A stretch of 64,000 nucleotides of DNA from an uncultured Spirochaetota bacterium (GCA_963827275.1 CAWHAA010000008.1:96001-160000); one strand, 5' to 3'. Shown: positions 1-10,740, counted from the first letter of the stretch. Numbers and translations: made by a program. Notes: generated by a model from the letters alone, not told the origin.

Positions 1-1424
1 CGGTCGAAATCCATATCAGGAACAGGGACTTCAGGGCGGCGCGAAACCTCATCCTCCCGGCCCTGGTGGCGAGTGATCGCCCGTCATTATACCGGGCGCT
101 CGGCCTGATCGACCTGCTGCAGTCCGACGACCCGGCCATGTATTTTCAGAAGGCGCTCGACATCGACCCGTCCCGGTATGAGTATTCCGATTATTGCAGA
201 TACCTCGGGAGCGGCATGGTGGAAAATCCGTTCTCGGTGTTCCTGGAGCGAAAGGGCCCCGTCGATTTCTCGTGGTATAAAAAAAAGTATGAGCGCTATC
301 CCTCGGCGGTCCTCTACCGCGGAAGGATCTTCATGCTCCGGAACGACGGCGGTGGCAGGGTGTTTTGCGAAGACATCATCCAGGTGAACGACGGAGAGGG
401 AGCCGCGAAGTACGCTGAGATACCCATCCCCTTCAGAGGCAATGTCCGGCCGGTCAGAATGCGGGTCTATGACGGCACGGGCGCGTTCACTGATTCGTGC
501 GAGCTCCGGACGACCGGGGAAGATTCATTCATCGGGGTCAGGGCGCCCGGAAAAAATTCAATCCTTCACCTGTCATATATCGTCGATGAGCCGGTCATGA
601 CCGCGCGGGGAAGCGCGTTATTTTCACTCCCCGCGGAACATCTCCAGCAGTATGACGAACCCGTGCAGAGCGCGTCGATCAGGGTCGTGGCGCCGGCGGG
701 GATGAAGGTCAATTTCAGGTTCGGGACAGCGGTGCCGGTGCGAACCTCGATGGTCGAAGGGATGCGGGTGCATGCGGCATCAATAGGGGAGATTCCCGCG
801 GTCGCGCATGACCGGCGCGGCGAAGGAACGGGCCGCCTCTATTCATATTCGTTTTCAACAATGCAGGGATTCGACGATTTCGCGACATGGTACGGCGGCC
901 TTATCAATGAGCAGGCAGGGCAGGATGATCCGCCGCCGTTTTCGGCCGGGAGCGGACGCATCGAGGATGCGGTTGCCGGCGTGCATGATTTTATTTCGCG
1001 GGAGATCGCGCCTGACGGCGTCGGCCTTGCAGATCCCGCTGCCCCTGAGACGGTCCTGTTCCGAAAGCGGGGGAGCGCCGAAAACAGGGCCCTCCTCGCC
1101 CGGTCGCTGCTCCGGGGTCTCGGGATCAAGTCATACATCGCGCTGGCCCGGAACAGGTCACTGCCGGACGCCGGCACCTATGTCACGCATGATTATTTTA
1201 CTGCGGTCCTTCTGTACGTGCCGCTGGACATTGAAAACGCTGTCTGGCTTGATTTTTCGAGCGGGTCACACCGGTGCGGGGACGTAGCGGCAAACGTTGC
1301 AGGAACAACCGCGCTGGTGCTGATGCAGGGGTCCTATCGTTTCAGGAAAATCGAAAGTAGCGGGGCCGTCTCCTCGCAGAAAGGCGCAGTTCCGGCGCCT
1401 GGGGCGGTCATGCAGGGGCCATGA
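1..1424 (+). CDS. 5'-truncated TPR + DUF3857/transglutaminase-like domain protein, probably catalytically inactive
   Basis: Frame is open from base 3. TPR-like helix (AMYFQKALDIDP). Transglutaminase-like region VLFRKRGSAENRALLARSLLRGLGI...YFTAVLLYV..VWLD lacks the usual GDC cysteine. Confidence 0.6.
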   Translation, partial: VEIHIRNRDFRAARNLILPALVASDRPSLYRALGLIDLLQSDDPAMYFQKALDIDPSRYEYSDYCRYLGSGMVENPFSVFLERKGPVDFSWYKKKYERYPSAVLYRGRIFMLRNDGGGRVFCEDIIQVNDGEGAAKYAEIPIPFRGNVRPVRMRVYDGTGAFTDSCELRTTGEDSFIGVRAPGKNSILHLSYIVDEPVMTARGSALFSLPAEHLQQYDEPVQSASIRVVAPAGMKVNFRFGTAVPVRTSMVEGMRVHAASIGEIPAVAHDRRGEGTGRLYSYSFSTMQGFDDFATWYGGLINEQAGQDDPPPFSAGSGRIEDAVAGVHDFISREIAPDGVGLADPAAPETVLFRKRGSAENRALLARSLLRGLGIKSYIALARNRSLPDAGTYVTHDYFTAVLLYVPLDIENAVWLDFSSGSHRCGDVAANVAGTTALVLMQGSYRFRKIESSGAVSSQKGAVPAPGAVMQGP

Positions 1425-1450
1425 ACCGGCAGGGCCGGACGGGACGGCGA

Positions 1451-1552
1451 TCAGTATTTCTTCGCAAGTTTTTCTTTCAGCTGCTTTTTCACTCGTTTAA
1501 TTCTTTTTTTTGCCCGAGCGCGTTTTTCTCTCGCGTTATATTGTTTTCCCAC
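1451..1552 (-). CDS. 33-aa highly basic small protein MGKQYNAREKRARAKKRIKRVKKQLKEKLAKKY (not in the ORF track)
   Basis: AGGAGG RBS (1559-1564) lies 6 nt before a GTG start; clean frame to TGA; K/R-rich. Confidence 0.7.
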   Translation of the reverse strand: MGKQYNAREKRARAKKRIKRVKKQLKEKLAKKY

Positions 1553-1807
1553 CGGAAGCCTCCTGTGATTTTGTAATCAAATATTTTTTTAACGCGACTT
1601 TGTCAACATAAAAATTCATGTCCGCCGGCGCGTTCCCTCCAAGGGGAGAATTGCGTCCCGGGATGAAAGTTCGGGCTTCCCTTTGTGAATTTCAATGCGA
1701 CATAAAAAATGAATTGCAACGGCACATTCCTTCGGGTAGTATAGGTCTCTAGGCAGGTCTGAAGACAATGGAGCTCTATGCGATAACGTCTCCAGCGGAG
1801 GGGTGCG

Positions 1808-2682
1808 ATGAAGCTTAACAACGAGGCGCGGGTTGGCCTGATGATAACCGCCAGTTTCACCATTTTTATCATCCTGGTGGCGCTGCTCGCAAAAATAAAT
1901 ATTTCGCGCCAGGGTATACCCTGCGGGTCTATTTCAGCTTCCTCAATGACCTGCGGGTCAGCGCGCCGGTGAAGATCGCCGGCGGCATAAAAATCGGTTA
2001 CGTGGAATCCATCCGGCAGTCAGGTGAAAAGACCGAGATCACCGTGTGGATCGAGAAAAAATACACCCTGGTAAAGAGCACCAAGTTCGCGATATTCACG
2101 TCGGGCCTTATCGGTGAAAAATACATCAACGTGTTTGTCCCGGCGGCGGGCGACGTCGAGGAATTTCTGGCGGACGGCGACAAGGTGTACGGCATCGACC
2201 CGGCGAGCTTTGACCAGATGATGATGACCTTCCAGAGCTTCATGCAGGACGAGAGCGGCGGGCAGGTGCTCGCCGAGATATTCCAGAACTCGAAACGGTT
2301 CGTGGGCAGCCTGAACAGCACCGTTGACGAGAACCGCCCCGATGTACGCCAGTCGATCGTATCGGCGAAAGAGACGATCGCGAACCTGAACCAGCAGACG
2401 AAAGTCATGATGGCCAACATCAACCGCTTTTCGCAAAACATGGCGGAGCTGTCGGATAAAAACAAGGATGACATCAACATCACCCTGCGGAACCTCTCAG
2501 AGACTTCGACCAACCTGAACAAGATCGTGTTCCGGATCGAGAAGGGGCGCGGCACCCTGGGGCGGCTGGTGAACGAGGAGGATATCTACAACAATCTCAA
2601 AGACGCTTCGATCGCGGCCAAGGACCTGTTCCGGCAGCTCAAGCAGGACCCCTCCAAGCTCTTTTTCAGGACGCAGAACTAG
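1808..2682 (+). CDS. mlaD: MCE/MlaD family protein, with a 1-bp frameshift near 1912-1914
   Basis: ATG 1808 gives MKLNNEARVGLMITASF (TM anchor). Adding one G to CAGGGTAT joins it to YTLRVYFSFLNDLRVSAPVKIAGGIKIGYV...GLIGEKYI (MCE domain), followed by a coiled coil. Confidence 0.8.
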
Positions 2683-2684
2683 CG

Positions 2685-4016
2685 ATGGCGCGGCAGAAAA
2701 AATTTTTCGTCTGCACCGCCTGCGGATCGGATTTCCCCAAGTGGCAGGGAAAGTGCCCCGCCTGCGGCGAATGGAACACCCTTGTCGAGGCGGACGCCCC
2801 GTCGCCGTCGAAAGCGGCGCCGGCGGCGGACATCGTACCGCTTTCCAGCGTGGGGTTCGGCGACGTCGAGCGGATCCGGACCGGCATAGCCGAGTTCAAC
2901 CTGGTGTGCGGCGGCGGCGTGGTCCCCGGGTCGGTGCTCCTGATCGGCGGCGAGCCGGGCATCGGCAAATCGACGCTGGCGCTCCAGGTGGCCGGTTTTT
3001 TTAACACGCTCTACATCTCGGGGGAGGAGTCGCCGCGGCAGATACGGCTCCGCGCCGGGCGGCTCGGCAGCCCGCTGGAAAATATACACCTGTCGACCGC
3101 GACCGATGTGGAGCAGATCATCGGCCTGGCGGAGTCATCGCGGCCGCAGTGCATCATCATCGACTCGATACAGACCCTCTATTCGTCGGACATCCCGGGG
3201 CTCAGGGGGTCGGTGAGCCAGGTCCGCGAGTCGGCGTCGCGGCTGGCGGGCGCGGCCAAGGCCCTGAACGCGGTCCTGATACTGATCGGGCACATCACCA
3301 AGGAGGGGGCCATCGCCGGCCCCAAGCTCCTGGAGCACCTGGTGGACACGGTCCTCTATTTCGAGGGGAATTTCTCGCGCGACTACCGCGTCCTGCGCGC
3401 GTTCAAGAACCGGTTCGGATCGGTGAACGAGATCGGGCTCTTCCGCATGGAGGAGCGGGGCCTGGTGGAGGTGACCGACAAGAACAAGATATTCCTCAAC
3501 CCCTACCTTTCGTCAGCGCCGGGGAACGCGGTCTCCGCCGCGGTGGAGGGGAGCAGGATCATCCTGTTCGAGGTGCAGTCGCTGGTGACCGGGTCCGCGT
3601 TTCAGAACCCGCGGCGGATGGCGGACGGCTTCGACCTGAACAGGCTCATCCTGATCGCGGCGGTGCTCGACAAGCACGCGGGACTGAACCTCAATTCGCA
3701 CGACGTGTTCATCAACGTGTCGGGCGGGTTCCAGATCAGCGATACCGCGGCGGACCTCGCGGTGGCAATGTCCATCGCGTCAAGCTTCATGAACAAGGCG
3801 ATCCCGCACGGGACAGGGTTCCTGGGCGAGATATCCCTCTCGGGCGAGATACGCCCGGTGTCGCTGTGCGGCAGGAGGATACAGGAATTCAAGCACTCCG
3901 GCTTCTCCGCGCTGGTCCTGCCGGAGGCTGAAATCAACGAAGCAAAATCGGCCGGCTTCACCGGCGAGGTGATCGGCATCCAGAATATCAGGGACGTGAT
4001 AGGAAAACTATTATGA
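2685..4016 (+). CDS. radA: DNA repair protein RadA/Sms
   Basis: CxxC...CxxC zinc finger, Walker A GEPGIGKST, KNRFG motif, Lon-like C-terminus. Confidence 0.97.
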   Translation: MARQKKFFVCTACGSDFPKWQGKCPACGEWNTLVEADAPSPSKAAPAADIVPLSSVGFGDVERIRTGIAEFNLVCGGGVVPGSVLLIGGEPGIGKSTLALQVAGFFNTLYISGEESPRQIRLRAGRLGSPLENIHLSTATDVEQIIGLAESSRPQCIIIDSIQTLYSSDIPGLRGSVSQVRESASRLAGAAKALNAVLILIGHITKEGAIAGPKLLEHLVDTVLYFEGNFSRDYRVLRAFKNRFGSVNEIGLFRMEERGLVEVTDKNKIFLNPYLSSAPGNAVSAAVEGSRIILFEVQSLVTGSAFQNPRRMADGFDLNRLILIAAVLDKHAGLNLNSHDVFINVSGGFQISDTAADLAVAMSIASSFMNKAIPHGTGFLGEISLSGEIRPVSLCGRRIQEFKHSGFSALVLPEAEINEAKSAGFTGEVIGIQNIRDVIGKLL

Positions 4017-4978
4017 ATAAAAAACCTGTCGTCATAGCGCACCGCGGCGCGTGCGGATACCTGCCCGAGCACACCCTGGAAGGCAAGGCCGCCGCCTTCG
4101 GTATGGGCGCGGATTTTGTCGAGCTCGACGCGATCCTGACAAAGGACAACCGGCCGATCGTCATGCATGACCATTACCTTGACGCGCTGACGAACGTTGC
4201 CGATATCTTTCCGGACAGGAAGAGGAAGGACGGCCGGCACTACGCGATCGATTTTACCCTGGAAGAGATCCGGCGGCTCAGCCTCCATGAGCGGATCAAC
4301 CTCGCGACCGGGATGGCTGAATACCCGGGGCGCTTTCCCGCCGGGTCCGGGACGCGCTTCCGCATTCCCGCGCTGGAAGAGGAGCTCGACCTGATACGCG
4401 GGCTGAACAAAAGCATGGGGAAAAATGTCGGAATCTACATCGAGCCCAAGGGGCCCGCGTATCACCGGGGCGAGGGGAAAAGAATTGAAGACCCGGTCCT
4501 TGGCGTGCTCCGCGATTTCGGCTATACGGACAAGGGCTCCAACTGCTACATCCAGAGCTTCGAGCCGGAGAGCATCCGGTACATGCAGGAGACGCTGAAG
4601 AGCAGGCTCTTCATGGTGCAGCTGATCGGCGACACTGCCTGGGAAGAGACCCCTGGCGTGGATTACCATGCCATGATGACGCCCGGCGGCATGGATGAAG
4701 TGGCGCGCTATGCCGACGGCATCGGCCCGTGGATGAACCAGGTCGCGGCGGATAATAACGACGGCAGCGCGCCTGCGTTCAGCAGCCTCGTCGACATGGC
4801 GCATGAAAGAAAACTGGAGGTCAATCCCTATACCTTCAGGGCGGACGCGCTCCCCTCCTATGTGAAAAATTTTGATGACCTGCTCGATATGTTCTTCGTG
4901 AAGATCGGGGTTGACGGGATCTTTACCGACTTTCCTGACCGTGCCGTCGATTTTCTGAAGCGCACGGGGATGCGCTGA
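4013..4978 (+). CDS. glpQ: Glycerophosphodiester phosphodiesterase
   Basis: IAHRGACGYLPEHT, ELD, HDHYLD, YTFRAD, GIFTDFPD. Confidence 0.92.
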   Translation: MNKKPVVIAHRGACGYLPEHTLEGKAAAFGMGADFVELDAILTKDNRPIVMHDHYLDALTNVADIFPDRKRKDGRHYAIDFTLEEIRRLSLHERINLATGMAEYPGRFPAGSGTRFRIPALEEELDLIRGLNKSMGKNVGIYIEPKGPAYHRGEGKRIEDPVLGVLRDFGYTDKGSNCYIQSFEPESIRYMQETLKSRLFMVQLIGDTAWEETPGVDYHAMMTPGGMDEVARYADGIGPWMNQVAADNNDGSAPAFSSLVDMAHERKLEVNPYTFRADALPSYVKNFDDLLDMFFVKIGVDGIFTDFPDRAVDFLKRTGMR

Positions 4979-5665
4979 TCAGAGGTTCCGCTCGATGACC
5001 GCCAGTATCTCTCCCTTTTCGGCCGCGCGCCCGACCGAGTCGATGTCGAGCGAGAAGGCGCCCCTGCCGCCGTTGTATTCGGACACGGAATAGTAGAAGA
5101 CCGGCCCCGCGCAGGCGGCCAGGTATTTCGCATGGATCTCGAGGGCCTCGCGGAGGATCGTCCTGATCACCTCGTCGCGCTGGAAGGCGATCGGGTACCG
5201 CTCCACGAGCAGGTCCAGCAGCCATGCGGTGGATGCGGGGTCAATGACCGCGATGGTGTAGCAGTACCAGTCGTCGATAAGGGCGATCAGGCTTTTTTTA
5301 TGTTCCGCGGAGAGAAGCGTGTGGGCCGGGCAGAGGAAGCCGTTGCAGATCTGTTCCCCGAAAAAGGACCTGTGCCGCATCGTGTCGGTCCGGTAGCGGG
5401 GATGCAGGAGGCAGCCCGGCCGCTTGTTGAATATGAGCCCCTGGTGCGGGCAGATGTAGGATGTCAGGTCCCGGACGTCCCTGCCGTCGCCCTGGTCGGT
5501 GATGTCGCTGGCGGAGAGGCACGACGAGGAGCGCTCCGCCCCCCGGGCGAGGAACCGGGTGAGCGCTGCCCGCGAAATGTCTACGAAGTTCAGGAGCCCG
5601 CAGCACGCGGAACAGCTTTTAACGGTGTCGGGCTGGCAGAGAATGATTGTTTCATAATAGCTCAT
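4979..5665 (-). CDS. Cys-rich hypothetical protein, probably metal-binding
   Basis: KSCSACCGLLN, YICP, GCLLHP, CNGFLCP; ATGA-type overlap with the aconitase stop. Confidence 0.6.
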   Translation of the reverse strand: MSYYETIILCQPDTVKSCSACCGLLNFVDISRAALTRFLARGAERSSSCLSASDITDQGDGRDVRDLTSYICPHQGLIFNKRPGCLLHPRYRTDTMRHRSFFGEQICNGFLCPAHTLLSAEHKKSLIALIDDWYCYTIAVIDPASTAWLLDLLVERYPIAFQRDEVIRTILREALEIHAKYLAACAGPVFYYSVSEYNGGRGAFSLDIDSVGRAAEKGEILAVIERNL

Positions 5666-7596
5666 GCGCCGAATTTTTTCTTCGTGTAGTTCAGCAGGCC
5701 TCCCTCGAGGAGTATCGCCCGCTGTCTCCCTGTCGCCGCCAGCGTGAAGGGGTATTCCGCGCCGGCGATGGCGACCCTGATCTCGTCGGCCTTCATGATG
5801 CGGTCCCTGAGCCCGGCTAGCATGAATTCGTCGCCGGCATTGATATGCTCGTAATCCCCCGGGTCCCGGAACACGAGGGGGATGATCCCGAAATTGATCA
5901 GGTTGTCAGCATGGATGCGCTCGAAGGATTTCGCCATCACCAGCCGCACGCCCAGGTGCATGGGGCATATGGCGGCGTGCTCGCGGCTTGACCCCTGCCC
6001 GTAGCTTGCCCCGCCCAGTATCGCGGTATAGGTCCCCTTCAGCTTGTCCGCCAGCGCGCGCTTCGCGAACCCCGGGTCAACGTTTTCGAAGACGAATTCC
6101 GAATACTTCGGGATGTTCGACCGGTACTTGAGCCGGGGTCCCGCCGGCATGATGTGGTCGGTGGTGATCTTGTCCCCCACCTTCAGGCCGATGACGCCCC
6201 GGAGGTCATCGAGGAGGGGCGCCGTGCGGGGCGGCTCGCCGATGTTCGGGCCCCTGATGATGCTGACCGGGGTCTCCGAAGGGGGCACTATCATCGAGTC
6301 GTCGATATGGAATGCTTCCGCCGGCGCGATGACCGGGAATTGATTATCGGGCTGATCAAGCGGATTGACCAGCGTCCCGGCGATCGCGGAGAGTGCGGCG
6401 GTCTCGGGACTTACCAGGTAGACCTGCCCGGACGCGGTGCCCGACCGGCCCTCAAAATTGCGGTTATTGGTACGGAGGGAAACGCCGCCGGTCGGGGGCG
6501 CCTGCCCCGCGCCGATGCAGAAGCCGCAGGCGGACTCCATGATGCGCGCTCCGCTGGCGATGATCTCCGCCAGGGCGCCGTTGCGGGCGATCATCTCGAG
6601 TACCTGCCGCGATCCCGGGGCCACGATGAGGCTCACGCCGGGGGCCGCGTTCTTTCCCCTGAGGATCCCCGCGACGGTCATCAGGTCCTTGTACGATGAA
6701 TTGGTGCAGCTGCCGATCGCGACCTGCTGCACCGGCATGCCTTTTATCCCGGCTATTGCTTTGATGTTGTCAGGAGAATGGGGGCAGGCCGCCATCGGCT
6801 CTATTGCCGAAAGGTCGATGTCGATGACGCGGTCATACTCCGCGTCGGGGTCCGGGAGCAGCTCGCGCCAGGAGGCGCCACGGCCCTGCGCGGCGAGGAA
6901 TTGTCGGGTCACATTGTCGCTCGGGAAGAGCGAGGTGGTCACGCCCAGCTCGGCCCCCATGTTGGTGATGGTGGCGCGCTCGGGGACCGAGAGGGTGCGG
7001 ACCCCGTCGCCCGTGTACTCGATCGCGGTGCCGACGTTTCCCCTGGTCGTCAGGATGCCGAGGAGGGTGAGGATCACATCCTTTGCCGAGACCCAGTGGC
7101 GCAGCCTGCCGTGGAGCCGGACATTGATGACCCGCGGCGCGGCCAGGTAAAAGGGGCCGCCGCCCATGGCCACCGCGACGTCCAGGCCGCCCGCGCCGAT
7201 GGCGACCATGCCGATGCCGCCGCCGGTGGGCGTGTGGCTGTCGGAGCCCAGGAGCGTCGCGCCGGGCCTGCCGAAGCGCTCAAGGTGCACCTGGTGGCAG
7301 ATGCCGTTCCCCGCCAGCGAATGGTAGATGCCGTAATTCGCGTTCATGGTGCGGAGATAGGCGTGGTCGTCTGCGTTCTCGAACCCCATCTGGATGGTGT
7401 TGTGATCGACGTAGGACACCGACAGCTCGGTCTTGACCCGCGGGATGCCGAGCGCCTCGAACTGGAGATAGGCCATGGTGCCGGTCGCGTCCTGCGTCAG
7501 GGTCTGGTCGATCCTGATGCCGATCTCGCTGCCCGGCGAGAGGGTGCCCTCGACCAGGTGCTCGCGTAATATCTTGTAAAAAACCGATTGTCCCAT
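5662..7596 (-). CDS. Aconitate hydratase (short Aquifex/Thermotoga-type)
   Basis: TQDATGT, GNGICHQVH, GSDSHT, IGSCTNS, CGFCIG, NRNFEGR, ITTDHI, GQGSSREHA; start taken at MGQSV. Confidence 0.92.
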   Translation of the reverse strand: MGQSVFYKILREHLVEGTLSPGSEIGIRIDQTLTQDATGTMAYLQFEALGIPRVKTELSVSYVDHNTIQMGFENADDHAYLRTMNANYGIYHSLAGNGICHQVHLERFGRPGATLLGSDSHTPTGGGIGMVAIGAGGLDVAVAMGGGPFYLAAPRVINVRLHGRLRHWVSAKDVILTLLGILTTRGNVGTAIEYTGDGVRTLSVPERATITNMGAELGVTTSLFPSDNVTRQFLAAQGRGASWRELLPDPDAEYDRVIDIDLSAIEPMAACPHSPDNIKAIAGIKGMPVQQVAIGSCTNSSYKDLMTVAGILRGKNAAPGVSLIVAPGSRQVLEMIARNGALAEIIASGARIMESACGFCIGAGQAPPTGGVSLRTNNRNFEGRSGTASGQVYLVSPETAALSAIAGTLVNPLDQPDNQFPVIAPAEAFHIDDSMIVPPSETPVSIIRGPNIGEPPRTAPLLDDLRGVIGLKVGDKITTDHIMPAGPRLKYRSNIPKYSEFVFENVDPGFAKRALADKLKGTYTAILGGASYGQGSSREHAAICPMHLGVRLVMAKSFERIHADNLINFGIIPLVFRDPGDYEHINAGDEFMLAGLRDRIMKADEIRVAIAGAEYPFTLAATGRQRAILLEGGLLNYTKKKFGA

Positions 7597-7971
7597 GGCG
7601 TTCCCCCGGCTGTCATTGTTTGCTTCGGATGATATCCAGATGGGTTTCAGGCCTGTTGTTTTCAAGTACTTTTCATGAAAAAGGCAGACGAAATCACCAT
7701 CTATTCATTGCGCCTGATAGAGTGCCGGCCCGGGGGCCTTGAATTATTTTCTTCTGATATGAATAAAATGGGCGTGGTCCATTCGTCACTATGTCAGGGG
7801 ATACCTGAATGCCTGCAGTGCCTCATTGCACCGATGGTTTTTACAAGAATAAATATGTACTCTTTATATCGTCGCGCCGTTCAGGGCCCAATGATCCGCT
7901 TATGCACGAACCATGGACCCGGGCGCGTAATGGCAGAAGAGTGAATCAAACACGAATTTCAGCTGCAGGGC

Positions 7972-8148
7972 TCAATGAACGCTTTTGAATTTCGTTATCA
8001 GATTCTCTATCTGCGTTTCCTCGGCCTTGACGATCTCTTTGTAATCGTTGGTGACCGTATGGTGCCGTTCAACCATGACGGTTTTAAGCTCCCTTTCAAG
8101 CAACAGGGTGATAAACTCAAGATCATTTTTTGATAATTCGAGATTCAT
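7972..8148 (-). CDS. Small hypothetical protein (58 aa)
   Basis: GGAGG RBS before ATG 8148; helical composition. Confidence 0.6.
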   Translation of the reverse strand: MNLELSKNDLEFITLLLERELKTVMVERHHTVTNDYKEIVKAEETQIENLITKFKSVH

Positions 8149-8380
8149 AGAAACCTCCAATTATAATTATAAAAGTGGAGAACCAGTATGTCTCTGCGAA
8201 CTAAGACCTCACTATTAATATATCAATAAAAAACAATAATTCAAAAAAAATGTGGCATATTTCACCAGGCATGGCACGTACCGCAAGAAGGGCCGCTGCC
8301 CGGTATAGGCGATATCAGGCTGATTAGCCGGCGGACTGTGAAATGGAGCCGGCAACTTGCCGCATGATATATTTTTAGGA

Positions 8381-8407
8381 TATATTCCGCAGCAATAGGG
8401 CCGATAA
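8381..8407 (+). promoter_or_regulatory. Putative sigma28 (FliA) promoter
   Basis: TATA-N15-GCCGATAA: perfect -10 and 3/4 match to the TAAA -35. Confidence 0.55.
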
Positions 8408-8432
8408 TGAGTGTATGAGAATATCATCCGGC

Positions 8433-8696
8433 ATGGCCGAAATAACCTTCAATCGCCTTTCAGATGAAACAATCTACGTGTGGCCCCGGTATACGGAGGG
8501 GCGGGTTGAAAATATCAGGAACGTGTCCCGGCGGACCGATCCGTCTTTCGCCTACTATACGCCCTCCCCTGAAGAGAGGGAACGCGTATTCGACCTGTAC
8601 CGCAGCGAATTAAACGCGGAGTATTCTCAAGCAGGCAGAATCACGAGGTCCGCGCCGGGGATCAGGCCCGGTTTGCTCTTTGACGCAATCGCCTGA
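8433..8696 (+). CDS. Small hypothetical protein, likely flagellar regulon member
   Basis: MAEITFNRL...GLLFDAIA; sits downstream of a sigma28-like promoter and converges on flaB. Confidence 0.6.
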   Translation: MAEITFNRLSDETIYVWPRYTEGRVENIRNVSRRTDPSFAYYTPSPEERERVFDLYRSELNAEYSQAGRITRSAPGIRPGLLFDAIA

Positions 8697-8727
8697 CGAC
8701 GGGACCACGACTCAATGTTTTGCCAAT

Positions 8728-8754
8728 AAAAAACCCGCTCTTTCGAGCGGGTTT
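8728..8754. terminator. Bidirectional rho-independent terminator
   Basis: AAAAAACCCGCTC-TTTC-GAGCGGGTTT between convergent genes. Confidence 0.85.
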
Positions 8755-8801
8755 GCTTTGAGAAAGGCGGTATTCCCTTTTGATGTTCAGTCGTTTTTTT
8801 A

Positions 8802-9653
8802 TCAGCCGCCGAGAAGCTGCAGAATCGTCCTCGTCTTCAGATTTGCCTGAGCCAGCATTGCAGTACCACTCTGGACAAGAATCTGGTCCTTGGACAGGTC
8901 TACTAACGTTTCCGCCAGGTCGGCATCCCTTATGCGGCTTTCGGATGCCTGTGTATTTTCGTAGGCGTTCAACAGACCTTTCGCAGCAAACTCGAGCCGG
9001 TTGTAATAGGCACCGAGGTCTGCTCTCTGTTTTGCAATCTTGTGGAGAGAGTCGTCGATGACGCCAATCGCCCTGTTCGAACCGTCGGCGGTGCTGAGGT
9101 TGACAAGGAACTTACCGGTCCTTTCTCTCAGGTTCAGCCCTTCGGCCGTCATGGTGCCGATATAGACGCGCTCACGCTGGTGCATGTTCGGGCCCATGTG
9201 GAACCACATCGAGGCTTTCGGGTTGGTCCGTGCATAATCGCCGAGAAGCAGTTTGAACTTATTGAACTCCGCCTGTGAAGCGATCCGGTCCACTTCGTCG
9301 ATCATGGCCGATACTTCGACCTGGATGAGCTGACGGTCTTCCTGGGTATAGATACCGTTGGAAGACTGGACAGCCAGCACCCGGATCCTCTGGAGGATCG
9401 AAGAGGTGTTGTCGAGATATCCTTCCGTGGTCTGGACGAACGACATACCGTCTTCGGTATTGCGCTCGGCCTGACGGAGGCCCTGGATCTGGGTCCGCAT
9501 CTTTTCAGAAACGGCGAGTCCGGAGGCGTCGTCACCGGCCCGGTTGATACGCATGCCGGATGACATCTTCTCCATAGATTTGTTAACGTCCCAGTGCTTG
9601 AATTTCAACACCCTGTTGGAGTTGATCGCACTCATGTTGTGATTGATTATCAT
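8802..9653 (-). CDS. flaB: Flagellar filament core protein FlaB
   Basis: [57 protein letters not shown] (Leptospira-type), ESRIRDAD. Confidence 0.97.
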   Translation of the reverse strand: MIINHNMSAINSNRVLKFKHWDVNKSMEKMSSGMRINRAGDDASGLAVSEKMRTQIQGLRQAERNTEDGMSFVQTTEGYLDNTSSILQRIRVLAVQSSNGIYTQEDRQLIQVEVSAMIDEVDRIASQAEFNKFKLLLGDYARTNPKASMWFHMGPNMHQRERVYIGTMTAEGLNLRERTGKFLVNLSTADGSNRAIGVIDDSLHKIAKQRADLGAYYNRLEFAAKGLLNAYENTQASESRIRDADLAETLVDLSKDQILVQSGTAMLAQANLKTRTILQLLGG

Positions 9654-9660
9654 AGTCTAA

Positions 9661-9700
9661 CACTCCTTTGTTGACTTTTTCCTGATCTCCGTATCAGGAA
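9661..9700 (-). promoter_or_regulatory. Putative CsrA-binding sites in the flaB leader
   Basis: mRNA hairpin UCCUGAU-ACGGAG-AUCAGGA (ANGGA loop), plus AAGGAG overlapping the RBS. Confidence 0.6.
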
Positions 9701-9893
9701 TTTGAATACCAGGTTATTTGATTTTTGTTTATTGGGAATACCCGCTGGCGCATTGCTGCAACCATCGTTATCTAACTCGTAGATCGGGATGCTTGCCGCA
9801 ATTTCTGTGTGACGTGCCAGAGTTTTCAAAGAGCCTGCCCCGCCGGCCTTTCAGCCGGCGGAACAAAAAATATGATTATAAACCACTAAAACC

Positions 9894-10739
9894 CTACTTT
9901 AACAGTTCCAGTATCAGCTGGGACTTGTTGTTCGCCTGGGCCAGCATCGCCGTGCCCGCCTGCACCAGCACGATGGACTTCGTGAAATCGACCATGGTCT
10001 CCGCCATGTCGGCGTCCCGAATCCTGCTCTCCGACGCCTGCGTATTCTCGTAGGCGTTCAGCAGGCCCTTGGCCGCGTGCTCGAGCCGGTTGTAATAGGC
10101 GCCGAGGTCGGCCCGCTGTTTCGATATTATCCGTATCGCCTCGTCGAAGACGCCGATGCTCCGGTTCGCGCTGTCCGCCGTCGAAAGGCTGATGGGGTTC
10201 CCGATGAAGTCCCTGACCCCGAGGCTGATGGCGGACATGGTCTGTATGAATACGCGCTCGCGCTGGTGCATGTTCGGGCCCATGTGGAACCACATGGACG
10301 CCTTCGGGTCGGTCCGCGAAAAGTCGCCGAGGAGGAGGTTCATCTTGTTGAATTCCGCCTGCGAGGCGATGCGGTCGACCTCGTCGACCAGCTCGGAAAT
10401 TTCAACCTGGATGTATTGACGGTCTTCCGCCGTATAGATGCCGTTCGATGATTGTACCGCGAGGACCCTCATCCGCTGGATGATGTTGGTCACTTCCTGG
10501 AGGTAGCCTTCGGTGGTCTGGATGAGCGACATGCCGTCTTCGGTGTTCCGCTCGGCCTGCCGGAGTCCCTGGATCTGCGATCTCATTTTTTCGGAAACCG
10601 CGAGGCCGGAAGCGTCGTCCCCGGCCCTGTTGATCCTCATGCCGGAAGAGAGCTTTTCCATCGCGTGGTCAACGTCCCAGTGCTGGAACTTCAGCACACG
10701 GTGCGTATTGATCGCAGACAGGTTATGATTGATGATCAT
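9894..10739 (-). CDS. flaB: Flagellar filament core protein FlaB (second paralog)
   Basis: Starts [18 protein letters not shown] at 10739 after a GGAGG RBS; flagellin N- and C-terminal motifs. Confidence 0.97.
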   Translation of the reverse strand: MIINHNLSAINTHRVLKFQHWDVDHAMEKLSSGMRINRAGDDASGLAVSEKMRSQIQGLRQAERNTEDGMSLIQTTEGYLQEVTNIIQRMRVLAVQSSNGIYTAEDRQYIQVEISELVDEVDRIASQAEFNKMNLLLGDFSRTDPKASMWFHMGPNMHQRERVFIQTMSAISLGVRDFIGNPISLSTADSANRSIGVFDEAIRIISKQRADLGAYYNRLEHAAKGLLNAYENTQASESRIRDADMAETMVDFTKSIVLVQAGTAMLAQANNKSQLILELLK

Positions 10740-10740
10740 T

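Noticed and set aside
3602..4804. Long antisense or alternate-frame ORFs (also 38451-39539, 50101-51087 and many others)
   Set aside because: Shadows of well-supported genes in high-GC DNA, with no motifs.
9798..9819. sigma54 promoter for flaB (TGGCAC...TTGC)
   Set aside because: Spacing is 12 nt, not the required 5.
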